Part shown: positions 1 through 9,354 of the stretch, one piece after another
How the letters are laid out: every line of letters starts with the position of its first letter
Numbering within the stretch: position 1 is the first letter of the stretch
From: Hydrurus foetidus
Taxonomy: Eukaryota
DNA: 20,000 nucleotides
Reading direction: 5' to 3'
Assembly: GCA_900617105.1 (NCBI GenBank)
Contig: UYFQ01000146.1
Span: 51,270-71,269 of the forward strand
Notes under the pieces: model-generated
Database searches by the model: none
What the model was told of the DNA's origin: nothing
Seen by the model: only the letters and a program-made list of their open reading frames with translations
Program-made: the position numbers and the translations under genes

Positions 1-588
1 CGATGATAAACCACTTGTATGTAAAGCGGAAGAACTGATTTTTAATTTCTTTATTCCGATTAAAGATGCAGGATGTTCGGCGTTTAAGATATTACCTGTT
101 GATATGTAAGAAGACACAGAATCAAAACCGATAATCTCATTGATAGTTCCGCCTGAAGCACTTGATAATATCGTAAAGGTTGTTCCGATTGGTGATACAA
201 ATAACAATTTACCTGTAACCTTATTAAATGTTATTGTAAATGCATATCCTGCGTTTAAAAACCCCTGCTTGATTACACTCATAAGCGACGTAATATTGTA
301 ATTTCCACGCTCTATTGTCATCAGTTGTATCACACCACTATTTATTTTATATGCTAATACATTTGTTGTGTAATTGATAAGGTAGAATGACACAGGAATC
401 TGAGCATTTATAATATCAATATGAGAATACAATATATCATCATCATCTTTTAAGACGTTTTTTAAATCAAATGATATTTGTGATAAAAAGGAAGATTCGT
501 ATAAAGTATTTCCGGAACCACTACTTGGTTTTTTGATACAATGTTGAGTGTTGAGAGATATGTAACGAGTGTCCTCAACCGTCAGCAT
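1..588 (-). CDS. Minor capsid (penton-like, single jelly-roll) protein, 3'-truncated by window edge
   Basis: Not in ORF track. Manual translation from ATG at 588 is open for 196 codons to base 1: MLTVEDTRYISLNTQH...NAQIPVSFYLINYTTN...IERGNYNITSL...FTITFNKVTGKL...IIGFD...HPASLIGIKKLKISS. The IP.SFY.IN / GNY / fn..TGK / lGF / P..l.g motifs match my recollection of PLV minor capsid proteins. Confidence 0.75.
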   Translation of the reverse strand, partial: MLTVEDTRYISLNTQHCIKKPSSGSGNTLYESSFLSQISFDLKNVLKDDDDILYSHIDIINAQIPVSFYLINYTTNVLAYKINSGVIQLMTIERGNYNITSLMSVIKQGFLNAGYAFTITFNKVTGKLLFVSPIGTTFTILSSASGGTINEIIGFDSVSSYISTGNILNAEHPASLIGIKKLKISSSALHTSGLSS

Positions 589-612
589 TTTTATATTCTC
601 TTATACTATAAT

Positions 613-1300
613 ATGTCATATTTAAATTCTGTTCAAAAGATTATCAATAGGATAGGCGACGATGAAATCACGAAAATCACGGTAAATCGAACCCCGCTGT
701 CAAAAGTATTAAAATTCCTACTCAATATTACATCACGAGGACAGTTGGAGAAAAAGATGGAAAATACGGATTATGACACTTTGTATCATCTCTTTATGGT
801 TGTTCAAACTAAAAACTCTTTACATGTTATTGAGAAAAACGAAGTGATACAAATTTACAAATTCTCAAAAATGGGGAAAGGGACGGAAACTCTACCTGTA
901 CCTATCAATGCTGGACTGACTCTCAATGATATGCTTTCAAAAACGAAAAGCAAAATGGGGGGTTCTTACTTTCTTACAAAGGGCTGATAATAATTGTCAG
1001 AACTACATTATTTCTATTTTAATATCAAACGGGTTAAATACAGACGCTCTCGAAAAGTTTGTTTTACAGGATACTAGACAATTATTTGAAGGTAATGAAC
1101 AATTTCGTAAAATTGTAAATACAACTACAGATGTAGGAGCGGTTGCAACTACGGCAATAGATAAGATACAAAGCAATGAACTTTTACAAAAACCAAGCAC
1201 GGGATACAGTTTATTTTCAACCAGCAACATGAAGTTTAATAACGTACTGAATCGTGATATACCAGAATTTTTCAAAAATAGTTTTTCAAGATTATTTTAA
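613..1300 (+). CDS. Putative permuted papain-like (PPPDE/NlpC-P60-type) cysteine hydrolase, frameshifted at ~970-983
   Basis: ORFs 541..987 and 926..1300 join into one protein: LYHLF (His, 781-795) precedes NNCQ (Cys, 988-999), the His-before-Cys order of permuted papain folds. Adding one T (970-972) and one G (981-983) gives GSYFSYKGADNNCQNYI. The likely start is ATG 613, since 541 overlaps the opposite-strand penton gene. Confidence 0.55.
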
Positions 1301-1316
1301 TGTATTGGTATTGTAA

Positions 1317-1946
1317 ATGGCAAAAAAGAGAATTACCAAAAAACCATCTAAAAAGGGGTTGAAGCAGAAACAGAAACAATCACAAAGCGTCGTAGTAAAT
1401 ATTAACACCACCAAAGCAAGGGCAAAAAGGACTGCTCCACAACCTGCTTATCGCCAACAACCACAGTATATTACTTTACAAGGTGAACCATCTCCTCCAA
1501 TTATTTATAATACAGTAGGAACGGTAAAAGAAACTGTATTTGAACCAGTTAGAATACCTACAAATAGCGTTGGAATACAGACATTGACCCCTCAAGGAAT
1601 ACGAGTTAGTAAAATTCCAGTTCCAAGTAAAAAAAAATATGATGAAGCGGTTGTAAATCTTACGGACTTATACAAAACACCTGATGATAATTTCTACTAT
1701 GATAATACTACTCCAATAGCAAGACGAACACGGGCTCAACACCCATTGACCCCAGACGAGATAGAAACACGTCGATTACTTCGTAACCAAAAGGCACGGG
1801 AAAAGAGGTTAGAAAAAAAAAAACACAGGTGGTTAGACATTATAAAAGATTTTTTATATATATTTTATTATGTATCATGCTTTACTTCTTTTTTGCGTTT
1901 TTCTTGTTTCGTGCAACAATTGCTTTTTGTGCCTTTGTTGGCTTAG
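1317..1946 (+). CDS. Lys/Arg-rich hypothetical protein (possible virion core/DNA-binding protein); true 3' end uncertain
   Basis: Basic N-terminus with QKQKQSQSVVVNI motif. Sequence after the A11 run (1813-1823) becomes atypical and overlaps the convergent gene, so the real stop may be near 1836. Confidence 0.55.
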   Translation: MAKKRITKKPSKKGLKQKQKQSQSVVVNINTTKARAKRTAPQPAYRQQPQYITLQGEPSPPIIYNTVGTVKETVFEPVRIPTNSVGIQTLTPQGIRVSKIPVPSKKKYDEAVVNLTDLYKTPDDNFYYDNTTPIARRTRAQHPLTPDEIETRRLLRNQKAREKRLEKKKHRWLDIIKDFLYIFYYVSCFTSFLRFSCFVQQLLFVPLLA

Positions 1947-2151
1947 CATTTGCTGGAAGAACATACTCACCTCCATGGGCAAGAATAACCTTTGCCTTAC
2001 CTTTCTTACCACCTACTGCACCACCATTCTTGAACGGGGCTAGTCCACCAAGGGCTGTTCCGAGCACCTGACCATCCACGCCTGGAATGGGTAAAAATTT
2101 AGAACCGATAGCACCTAATCCACCTCCTAACAAAGATCCAAAAAATCCCAT
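1882..2151 (-). CDS. Small Gly-rich, basic-tailed protein, putative myristoylated membrane-penetration/virion protein
   Basis: MGFFGSLLGGGLGAIG N-terminus (Gly2, amphipathic), F.NGG.V...HGGEYVLP motif, Lys-rich C-terminus; aaaATG start context. Confidence 0.65.
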   Translation of the reverse strand: MGFFGSLLGGGLGAIGSKFLPIPGVDGQVLGTALGGLAPFKNGGAVGGKKGKAKVILAHGGEYVLPANAKPTKAQKAIVARNKKNAKKK

Positions 2152-2198
2152 TTTACTTTTAGTATATTATATTAAAACATATTAATATAATGCTAAAA

Positions 2199-2429
2199 CT
2201 AAACGATTGATGGCGGGGGTATATTATCTTTACGATTAGTTCTGCTCTCTATCTCCAATTCCAAGTTTTCTGCTGATACATCACGGGTAATTTTACAACA
2301 CCCTAAAACACACTCACGACACTTCACCTTGAAAATACACGTTGTTATTGTGATTAACGCCATTGATAAAAAACCGAATGTTAGAGTTATTACTGTTATA
2401 GAATTAGATGACTCAATGAATTGTGTCAT
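2199..2429 (-). CDS. Small single-pass membrane protein with Cys-rich juxtamembrane segment
   Basis: Hydrophobic stretch ITVITLTFGFLSMALITITTCIF followed by KCRECVLGCCKITRD. Confidence 0.65.
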   Translation of the reverse strand: MTQFIESSNSITVITLTFGFLSMALITITTCIFKVKCRECVLGCCKITRDVSAENLELEIESRTNRKDNIPPPSIV

Positions 2430-2450
2430 TTGTATGTGATATATTGATAT

Positions 2451-3772
2451 TTAAACTGACTGTAATGCGATCCAATCTACATTCACACCCGCTACTGATG
2501 CGGAATAAGTAAATGATGTAAGGGTTCTGCTGACTACAAAAAAACACCATTCCCTGATGGACTAATTAGCACTCTTGGTACAACTGCTCCTGAAAATGAT
2601 GATGCTGGAAAATTCACCACATTATTTCCAACGACGCTTAAAGTATTACCAAAAGACATTCCAGTCATTATCGTCCCAAAATTACCTAATTGTAATCGTG
2701 TCGTTATGATCCCTAACCCAGCGAAAATCGCCTGTCCTAAACAAGTGATTGCTTGATTGTTAATATTATACACTTTTAAGAATGTACTTGATACATAAGG
2801 TAGTATGTCTAATGATGACGTTAATGATGTTAATGCACCCGCTACGGGGGTTGTGTATACAATAGGAGTCGTCTTCTGCTGTAAAGCTGTAATATTAGTA
2901 TTTTGTGTGGTATTTACTGCGTCTTGATTAGTGTTTACGGTCTCTATTGCTGTAGCACGTGTCTGTAATGCAGTGATATTTGTCCCTTGAGTCGTATTTA
3001 CTCCCTCAATCGCTGTCAGGCGGTCATTTTGCGTCGTGTTTAAAGTAATCATAGTTGTCAATAAGTTTGATTGATTAGTGTTTGTATTTTCCACATTGGT
3101 TATGCGGGTGTTCTGTGTTGTATTCAATGTATCTATATTCGTGATTGATGTCGCCTGATTCGTATTCACGGTTTCTATTGCTGTAGCACGTGTCTGTAAT
3201 GCTGTAATATTCGTATTTTGCGTGGTATTGACCGTTTCTATTGCTGTTGCACGTGTCTGTAGAGCAGTGATATTCGTATTCTGCGTGGTATTGACTCCCT
3301 CAATTGTTGTAGCACGTGTCTGTAATGCACTTATATCTGTATTTTGCGTATTATTTAAAGTGTCAATTCCATCTAATCTCGTCCTTTGGTTGGTATTTAC
3401 AAACTCAATATCATCTAATCGTCCGTCTTGGATTAAATTAGCTTCCTCTATAAGAACTAACCTATCATCTTGAACCAGATCTAGTGCCTCTATTGCGTTT
3501 GCACGTATCTCTAAATCACGAATTAAAGTTGACTGTGCATTATACTGTGTGTCAGTATATCCTTTCGATACTAATTGATTCGGTAATGATGGCAATATAT
3601 TGCATATTGGTAGAGAGTTATGAAGAACCGCACCAGTTGTTGTTAATGTACTTGTTGTAATACCTTGATAAGAACAAGATGATCCGCTGATAAGAGGTGA
3701 TGATAAACTGACCTCACCACTGATTCCGCAAGTTCCGCTTACTGCCAAATTTAATGCTGAAATATTTGACAT
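2451..3772 (-). CDS. Fibre/spike-like protein: coiled-coil stalk plus C-terminal beta-rich tail-fibre-tip (H-lectin/gp53-like) domain; frameshift at A7 run 2538-2544
   Basis: ORF 2534..3772 has 21-aa repeats NTTQNTNITALQTRATAIETV (3 heptads). One extra base in the A run extends it with VVSRTLTSFTYSASVAGVNVDWIALQSV* to a stop at 2451, completing an Fp..F..vP.V...t.tsFt...v.WiA motif seen at tail-fibre tips. Confidence 0.7.
2870..3360. repeat. Coding 63-bp imperfect repeats (coiled-coil stalk)
   Basis: GCACGTGTCTGT recurs at 2955, 3186, 3249 and 3312 (63-bp period for the last three). Confidence 0.85.
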
Positions 3773-3805
3773 ATTATTATTATAAGATGATATTATAATA
3801 ATACT

Positions 3806-4539
3806 TTAAGCTATTCGTAATACTGTTATTTTTGCGTTCTCTATCAATGTATTACTCGAGGTATTTACTGCCGTATTATGTTTTATATTAATAGATACAA
3901 AAAACTATTGTAATCTGTAATATGGAAAAATCCCGATTCGTTAAATGTTACGTAAGATAAATTGTCGTTATAAACCAAATTTTGATAATTCTTTTTTTGT
4001 ATCACATTTAAAATTGCATTATCTGTAGAAAGTCCATGAGTTATACTATGTAAGATTGGTAATGACACATCTGACAATCCAAGAGTAAAACTATATGACA
4101 CCATATACACACCAATAGGTAATGGTAAATTTACAATTGATGAAACCGTATTTGTTGATACTAATGACCTTGATGCTATTATTGATGATGTTTTTATATA
4201 TCGCACATTTGTATCATCATATGATTGTAAATTATTATACAAATGAATATTTCCTGTTTTTAACTTTTTGCATTCCAAAATACTTGATACTAATTTTGTT
4301 GTGTACAAATTTGGAACGACAATACTATTACCGACTGCTACGTCACGCCCTATCGCAACCGATTGACCAGCTGTAATGTTATTCAATACACTCAAATTTA
4401 TTGTATTTAAACTATTTGTCTCAATATCATCTGCTATTACCCTATCACATTCTAATACTCCATTTTCCAAGGTTGCAACACCATCACTGACACTCTCCAG
4501 TCCTGCCATTGTCTGTAGGTTGTATGTAAAAGATGACAT
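3806..4539 (-). CDS. Fibre-like protein with probable C1q/TNF/BclA-C-like C-terminal head; frameshift near 3885-3904
   Basis: ORF 3883..4539 has a beta-rich stalk and LPIGVYMVSYSF motif. One added base in the A6 run (3899-3904) extends it to ...NTLIENAKITVLRIA* (stop 3806), an ending typical of such heads. Confidence 0.55.
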
Positions 4540-4555
4540 TCTATACTATACCTAT

Positions 4556-5010
4556 TCATATTTTCTCGAAATTTAAAGCAAGTAAGTATTCAGGAATCTC
4601 GAGACCTCTCGAATCAGTCCATAGAGAACCATCTAAAAATGTTATTTTTACTGTAAATTCATTTACTGACGGGGCATTACCGAGAAAAATGACATTATTC
4701 GTGTTGGAATCGCCATACAAAAAACTGTTCGCATCATTTTCGTTTGGAATAATAGAACCAATTATATTTGTGGTTGATGCTTCCACATTTGTTGGTGATG
4801 CTGTATACACACTACTCTGACCTAATTTAATTGATACTAAACCAACACTATTTACTGTTGTATCGATTCCTGAACACGTAAAACCCCAACGAAGTAAATA
4901 CTGCCCTTCAGGAAGCACACCCCCCAATTAAAATAGTATGTTGAATTTGATGATGATGTAAGTGTTGGCACTCTATTACTACTATTGATTAGTACATTGT
5001 AAATTGGCAT
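4556..5010 (-). CDS. Small penton/minor-capsid-like beta protein; frameshift at C6 run 4920-4925
   Basis: ATG 5010 gives MPIYNVLINSSNRVPTLTSSSNSTYYFNWG; one extra G joins ORF 4556..4927 (GVLPEGQYLLRWGF...EYLLALNFEKI). Paralogous to the two upstream ORFs. Confidence 0.6.
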
Positions 5011-5031
5011 AATATAATCTATGTTAAGAAA

Positions 5032-5286
5032 TTATTCTATCTTTTCAAATTGAAGTTGTATGATATAACTGTAATTTAAAGTTGATACTAAATTTGTCAG
5101 ATTATCTATTAATTTCACACTAAAAGTGTTATTCTGTGGTCTGCTGCGTAATTCAATTGTCTGATTCACATCTATACGGGGTATAAATCTACCTAATTCT
5201 CTAGTGTTTCTCGATACAACTTGTGTCGGTGATGTTGTTGTAACTGTATCTTGACCCAAATCTATATGCAAAATTATATTTGACAT
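5032..5286 (-). CDS. Hypothetical protein homologous to C-terminal half of 4556..5010
   Basis: NQTIELRSRPQNNTFSVKLID...YIIQLQFEKIE vs NNVIFLGNAPSVNEFTVKITF...YLLALNFEKI. Confidence 0.65.
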   Translation of the reverse strand: MSNIILHIDLGQDTVTTTSPTQVVSRNTRELGRFIPRIDVNQTIELRSRPQNNTFSVKLIDNLTNLVSTLNYSYIIQLQFEKIE

Positions 5287-5304
5287 TATACAATAATAGG
5301 TATA

Positions 5305-6039
5305 TTATAATAATGTTCTCGTATATAATGAATTTATGTCTGTTGCTGTGAGAGTACTTGAATATAACCTCATATCATCCAGACGTCCTGTTAAAAACGA
5401 TGACCCCCTATATGCACCAAGATTTATGGCTGCAGTATCTCCACCCCATGATAAATTACCTGTTCTCACAAGCACTCCATTTACATACAAAAGCGTCTGT
5501 GATGCTGTTGTTGTTATTGCGTAAAATATCCATGCACCTGATGTCTGAGCTACTGTCGATACGACATCTCCTCCACCACCTAGACCAAAATTTACTGTCA
5601 CAGTTAAAAATGTGCCACCATTAAACCATATGGGCATTTTAGTGGTGCTGTATGCATTATTAGCACCTGACGTAAAAATAGGCATTTTGAGCCAAAATGT
5701 CTTGGTTGAATTTACGGGCGTCGGTTGAATTAATGATAAAAAATTTGCACCTGTAAAATTAAATACACTACCACGTATTGTATCATTAATCATAGACACA
5801 TTAGTATTATTTAATGTTATACCATCTACTGTTGCCGGGACTGTCAATGTTGAACTCTTCACTCTAAAAACCCAAGGTATTTCTGGTATTACGGGAATTA
5901 ACTGCTTACAAATGCTATAACTTACACGGTATTTTCCATCGTCCAATATCGCACCCCAATTGACACGAAACTCATAATCATTTGCTGAAGTAGCACTATT
6001 TACCCTATCTTTTGAGTTGAGTAGTATCTTAATTGACAT
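5305..6039 (-). CDS. LamG/concanavalin-A-like lectin domain protein with penton-like N-terminal segment
   Basis: C-terminal LamG signature (W.fyaiT...LYVNG...lG...f.G.LDDMRLYS..LT..DI..LY). N-terminus ILLNSKDR...NWGAILDDGKY is similar to the N-terminus of 4556..5010. Confidence 0.8.
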   Translation of the reverse strand: MSIKILLNSKDRVNSATSANDYEFRVNWGAILDDGKYRVSYSICKQLIPVIPEIPWVFRVKSSTLTVPATVDGITLNNTNVSMINDTIRGSVFNFTGANFLSLIQPTPVNSTKTFWLKMPIFTSGANNAYSTTKMPIWFNGGTFLTVTVNFGLGGGGDVVSTVAQTSGAWIFYAITTTASQTLLYVNGVLVRTGNLSWGGDTAAINLGAYRGSSFLTGRLDDMRLYSSTLTATDINSLYTRTLL

Positions 6040-6187
6040 TAGTTAACATACTATTAGATATTTAAATGAATTTTGTCTCCGTCTTTACTTTTGTTTTTGG
6101 TTTTGGCTTTTCCAGAGTATTCAATTTCACTTTTTCTTTCATAATAATTCTATATCCCAGTTCGTTCGGTAGTTTATCCATAATATA

Positions 6188-6955
6188 TTATGCACATATT
6201 TTCTCCTTATCAACATCAACATCATCGTCATCGTCTGGATCGGAAATTAGAATTTCGTCCCAGTTTTTAAACATTCTCTTACTCTCCACATTCACAAATA
6301 AAAAATTATGCTTCTTATCAAAAACTAATTTACTTATTTTTGGCACTAAATCCACATTCTCCTCTATTGCTTCGTCCCAGATTGTATACAACTCTTTCTT
6401 GGCAACCTTGAATAAAAATATATTAGAAAATACCTTGCGGAGATCTAAAGGGATTTTCTTCCATCCCTGTGTTAAGAAGAAAATATTTGTCCTCAGATGC
6501 CTACGATTGTACACCAATTCTTCAAATAGAGTACGTGTGCTTTTTTGCTTTAAATACGCAGCCTGATCATCGAAAATTACACAGTTTTCCTCCCATTTTT
6601 CGCTATTGGTAATTCGTTCTAAAACATCACTTAAATCATCGTAATTCAATTTATCGAAACGCTGATTATCTGGAAGACAACTGAAGATATTGTCCTTCAT
6701 TGATTCACCACTTACGGTTGGTTGAAAAATGTAAATATTATGGAATACTTTTTTTAATAATTTCGGGTGTTTAAAAAAACCCCATAATAGAGATGTCTTA
6801 CCACTCTTTGGTGCACCACATAAAACCGTACATTCATGTGAATTCATCAAACTTGTCAGTGAGTACATATTCAATCGTGAATCAAGACCATCGTCACAAT
6901 TCATTCGTGCTATTGGAAAAGCGGGGCGTAAATTATGTTTTAAACTTATTGACAT
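6188..6955 (-). CDS. A32-like (FtsK/HerA superfamily) genome-packaging ATPase
   Basis: Walker A GAPKSGKT, Walker B CVIFDD, followed by RRH and hhhhTQ motifs; 255 aa. Confidence 0.92.
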   Translation of the reverse strand: MSISLKHNLRPAFPIARMNCDDGLDSRLNMYSLTSLMNSHECTVLCGAPKSGKTSLLWGFFKHPKLLKKVFHNIYIFQPTVSGESMKDNIFSCLPDNQRFDKLNYDDLSDVLERITNSEKWEENCVIFDDQAAYLKQKSTRTLFEELVYNRRHLRTNIFFLTQGWKKIPLDLRKVFSNIFLFKVAKKELYTIWDEAIEENVDLVPKISKLVFDKKHNFLFVNVESKRMFKNWDEILISDPDDDDDVDVDKEKICA

Positions 6956-6980
6956 TTTATGTAGTATACTGCTATTTTAT

Positions 6981-7463
6981 CTACACGAATCTGTATTTTG
7001 GTACAACTGGAACTGGAACTGCTGGAACTGTTGTTTTCATCACTTTTTCCACAACTGACCTCTTAAACCGTACAAGTTCCTTTTTTACTTCAGAGTCACT
7101 CTCATCTTCATCACTGCTAATATCATCAAGGGCAATATGCTTCTTCAATTCCTTTTTCGCAATAATATTTGCTTTTTTCACAATCTTTTTCTCCAGCAAC
7201 TTCTTTCTCTCCAGTGCCTCCTTCGCATCGGTTTCTGCTTTCTCCTCCGCTTCCTTCTCTCTATTATTTGCTCGTATAGCTCTGGCCTCCGTTCGTTTCT
7301 CGATGACCTTCAAAAACGCCTCTTTCTGTTTTTCCGTACGTGGTTTCTTACTCTTTTCTATCGTCTTTGGTTCTTCTTCTACTTCACTATCTTCGGGAAT
7401 ATCTACCATTACGGGGACTTCTTCTACTAAAGATTCTAATTTATCAACGACTTTTCTTGGCAT
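6981..7463 (-). CDS. Charged coiled-coil hypothetical protein
   Basis: Lys/Glu-rich, KKPRTEKQKEAF motif, acidic SSDEDESDSE patch; directly upstream of the ATPase with gtataATG context. Confidence 0.75.
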   Translation of the reverse strand: MPRKVVDKLESLVEEVPVMVDIPEDSEVEEEPKTIEKSKKPRTEKQKEAFLKVIEKRTEARAIRANNREKEAEEKAETDAKEALERKKLLEKKIVKKANIIAKKELKKHIALDDISSDEDESDSEVKKELVRFKRSVVEKVMKTTVPAVPVPVVPKYRFV

Positions 7464-7529
7464 ATTATACTACATATAGATAAAAAAATAAGAGATACAA
7501 AACTTATTAAAAATGTTATATTATCTTAT

Positions 7530-7661
7530 ATGCCAGTAAAGGTTACAGTTAAAAAATACAACGTGGCACACGATGAGCTCTTCTTGAAAGGAAAGAATGG
7601 TCTGTACTGTCTGCTTCCTTTCGAAAAATTAGACAGGAAAAAAAAGCAATTTTTAAAGTAG
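7530..7661 (+). CDS. Small basic hypothetical protein (43 aa)
   Basis: Manual translation MPVKVTVKKYNVAHDELFLKGKNGLYCLLPFEKLDRKKKQFLK*; fills the gap with an AT-rich leader. Confidence 0.4.
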   Translation: MPVKVTVKKYNVAHDELFLKGKNGLYCLLPFEKLDRKKKQFLK

Positions 7662-7663
7662 GC

Positions 7664-8043
7664 ATGACTTCACAGGATGTAGCGTCAAGGATTGAGAACT
7701 ATCATTCTTACTACCCTCTCGGATTGTATATATGTTTTTTTTATCATATCCAAGGGTAAATGAAGGACAAGATTAAAAGAAATTGTATCGTGAGATGGAA
7801 AAAAAACTAATTACTTATTTAAAAGAAACTGATGCTAAAATGATGTTATTTCCCTCGAGACCAAGTAAGCGGTCTGAGTGGTTTTATACTGATTACGATG
7901 ATTTACAAACAGCCTTTAGAAAGGTTCAAACTGACTACGGTGGAATTTTACACGAATTTTCACTTGATGGTATTAATAAGCAATACGATACTATAATGAA
8001 AAATAAAAAGAAGTACGTGGGTGAGATTGTATTCAAAGTATAA
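7664..8043 (+). CDS. Hypothetical protein (track ORF 7783..8043; probable true start 7664 with frameshift(s) at ~7735-7780)
   Basis: ATG 7664 opens MTSQDVASRIENYHSYYPLGLYICFFY..., which stops near homopolymer runs just before the TTG-initiated track ORF. Confidence 0.5.
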
Positions 8044-9159
8044 TTAAATATCAGGTAAACGCTCCACTGTGAAGCGTCCGCCCTCCGTCAGGTTCACGAT
8101 GAACCAACCGCATTCGGCTACCTGACGCTCGACATCACCATTCAGAAATGCGGGGGAAGGGTTCATAATGATAATATCAATAGCACATTTCTTGATATTC
8201 TCATACGAACATTTTGGAGTAAGGAATTGCAGTGGTAAAAGCATGATGAATGGTTTGCTACTCAACATTGCTTTCTCAAAGAACTGATGCTTGGAACAGA
8301 AGGGAGGGTTGGTGATTAGGACATCATAATCGGGGTCTTCCTCCACGAGATAATCTTGCTTTACTTCGGTGGTATAAAGGTCACGGGAAATGACGGTGAA
8401 TCCCTTCTTCTCCAAATATCTCACGATTGCCCCATTGCCACAGCACGGCTCGTAGATAATTTTACCCTCCAATGTAGATAGGACGGGGTCAAGCAACATG
8501 AGAGCGTTCTCTGGCGTTTCGAATAGATCCTGCGGAAGAGATTTCGTGGCGTTTCCATATCTGGAACGGCGGAATAGCGGGGCGATCTCCTCCACTAGCT
8601 CTTCAAGAGAGAGTCTATTGATGTCGGCTGGTAAATCTTCTTCGTAATTGAACTCTTCGTCGACCGTGGTGGCGTCGTCTTCCTTCGGCTCATCGTAGGG
8701 AATCGTTTCGTCATCTCTGACAATGACAAGTTTTCGTCGTGGCGGTGTCACAACTCTCTGCGCTGTTTCTTCGGTTGGCATGAATGATGGAAAAAGCTCC
8801 AGCAATAGACGGTTGTAAATCTTGTTGATCTTCCTTTTCACGACGACTCTCAAATCTCGCAACAGATTCATTTCGTCAGTTCTTTCGGCAGCTTTTATAT
8901 TGAGATACAACGAACTTTCTTCCAAGATTTTCTTGTCATCCTTTCCAATACCCATTGAGATGTAGTACTTAATCTCTGAATTGAACACCGTGAACTGGTT
9001 TCTTGTCAGGAAATATTCACCAAGAATGTTAAGAGTCATCTCCGTCTTCGCCTCGTACATTTCAGCAACCGTTGCCCAGTCAGTTATAGCATTTGACACT
9101 CTATCGGACATTGAGATCACAATCTCCAGACCATCGCAATTCGTGACAACTCTCTGCAT
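8044..9159 (-). CDS. Amino-(N6-adenine or N4-cytosine) DNA methyltransferase with unknown N-terminal domain
   Basis: C-terminal ~170 aa carry DLFETP, SAM-binding motif I YEPCCGNG (8431-8454) and catalytic motif IV ITNPPF (NPPF at 8299-8310). Confidence 0.85.
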   Translation of the reverse strand: MQRVVTNCDGLEIVISMSDRVSNAITDWATVAEMYEAKTEMTLNILGEYFLTRNQFTVFNSEIKYYISMGIGKDDKKILEESSLYLNIKAAERTDEMNLLRDLRVVVKRKINKIYNRLLLELFPSFMPTEETAQRVVTPPRRKLVIVRDDETIPYDEPKEDDATTVDEEFNYEEDLPADINRLSLEELVEEIAPLFRRSRYGNATKSLPQDLFETPENALMLLDPVLSTLEGKIIYEPCCGNGAIVRYLEKKGFTVISRDLYTTEVKQDYLVEEDPDYDVLITNPPFCSKHQFFEKAMLSSKPFIMLLPLQFLTPKCSYENIKKCAIDIIIMNPSPAFLNGDVERQVAECGWFIVNLTEGGRFTVERLPDI

Positions 9160-9354
9160 CTTGTTGTTGATTTGTGAGTTGGTTGAGTAGGTGGTTGTTG
9201 AGAGCTGACTGTTGACTACTGATAGGCATACAAAACGGAAAATTCAAAAATACGTAGTCCATTGTCCGTTCAACCTTCGACCAAATCGGTTCAAAATGTA
9301 AATCCTGAGGGGACACTGATAAAACTCCGTATAAATGTCTTTATGTTAAAGTTG

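Noticed and set aside
541..612. 5' extension of ORF 541..987
   Set aside because: Overlaps the opposite-strand penton gene start; ATG 613 has the usual tataatATG context.
6066..7479. Plus-strand ORFs 6066..6566, 6793..7479 and 7137..7430
   Set aside because: Antisense shadows of the ATPase and the Lys/Glu-rich gene (Phe/Ser-rich mirror composition).
6040..7500. Mavirus/CroV-like late promoter TCTA upstream of ATGs 6039 and 7463
   Set aside because: Present before only some structural genes and too short to distinguish from chance in AT-rich DNA.
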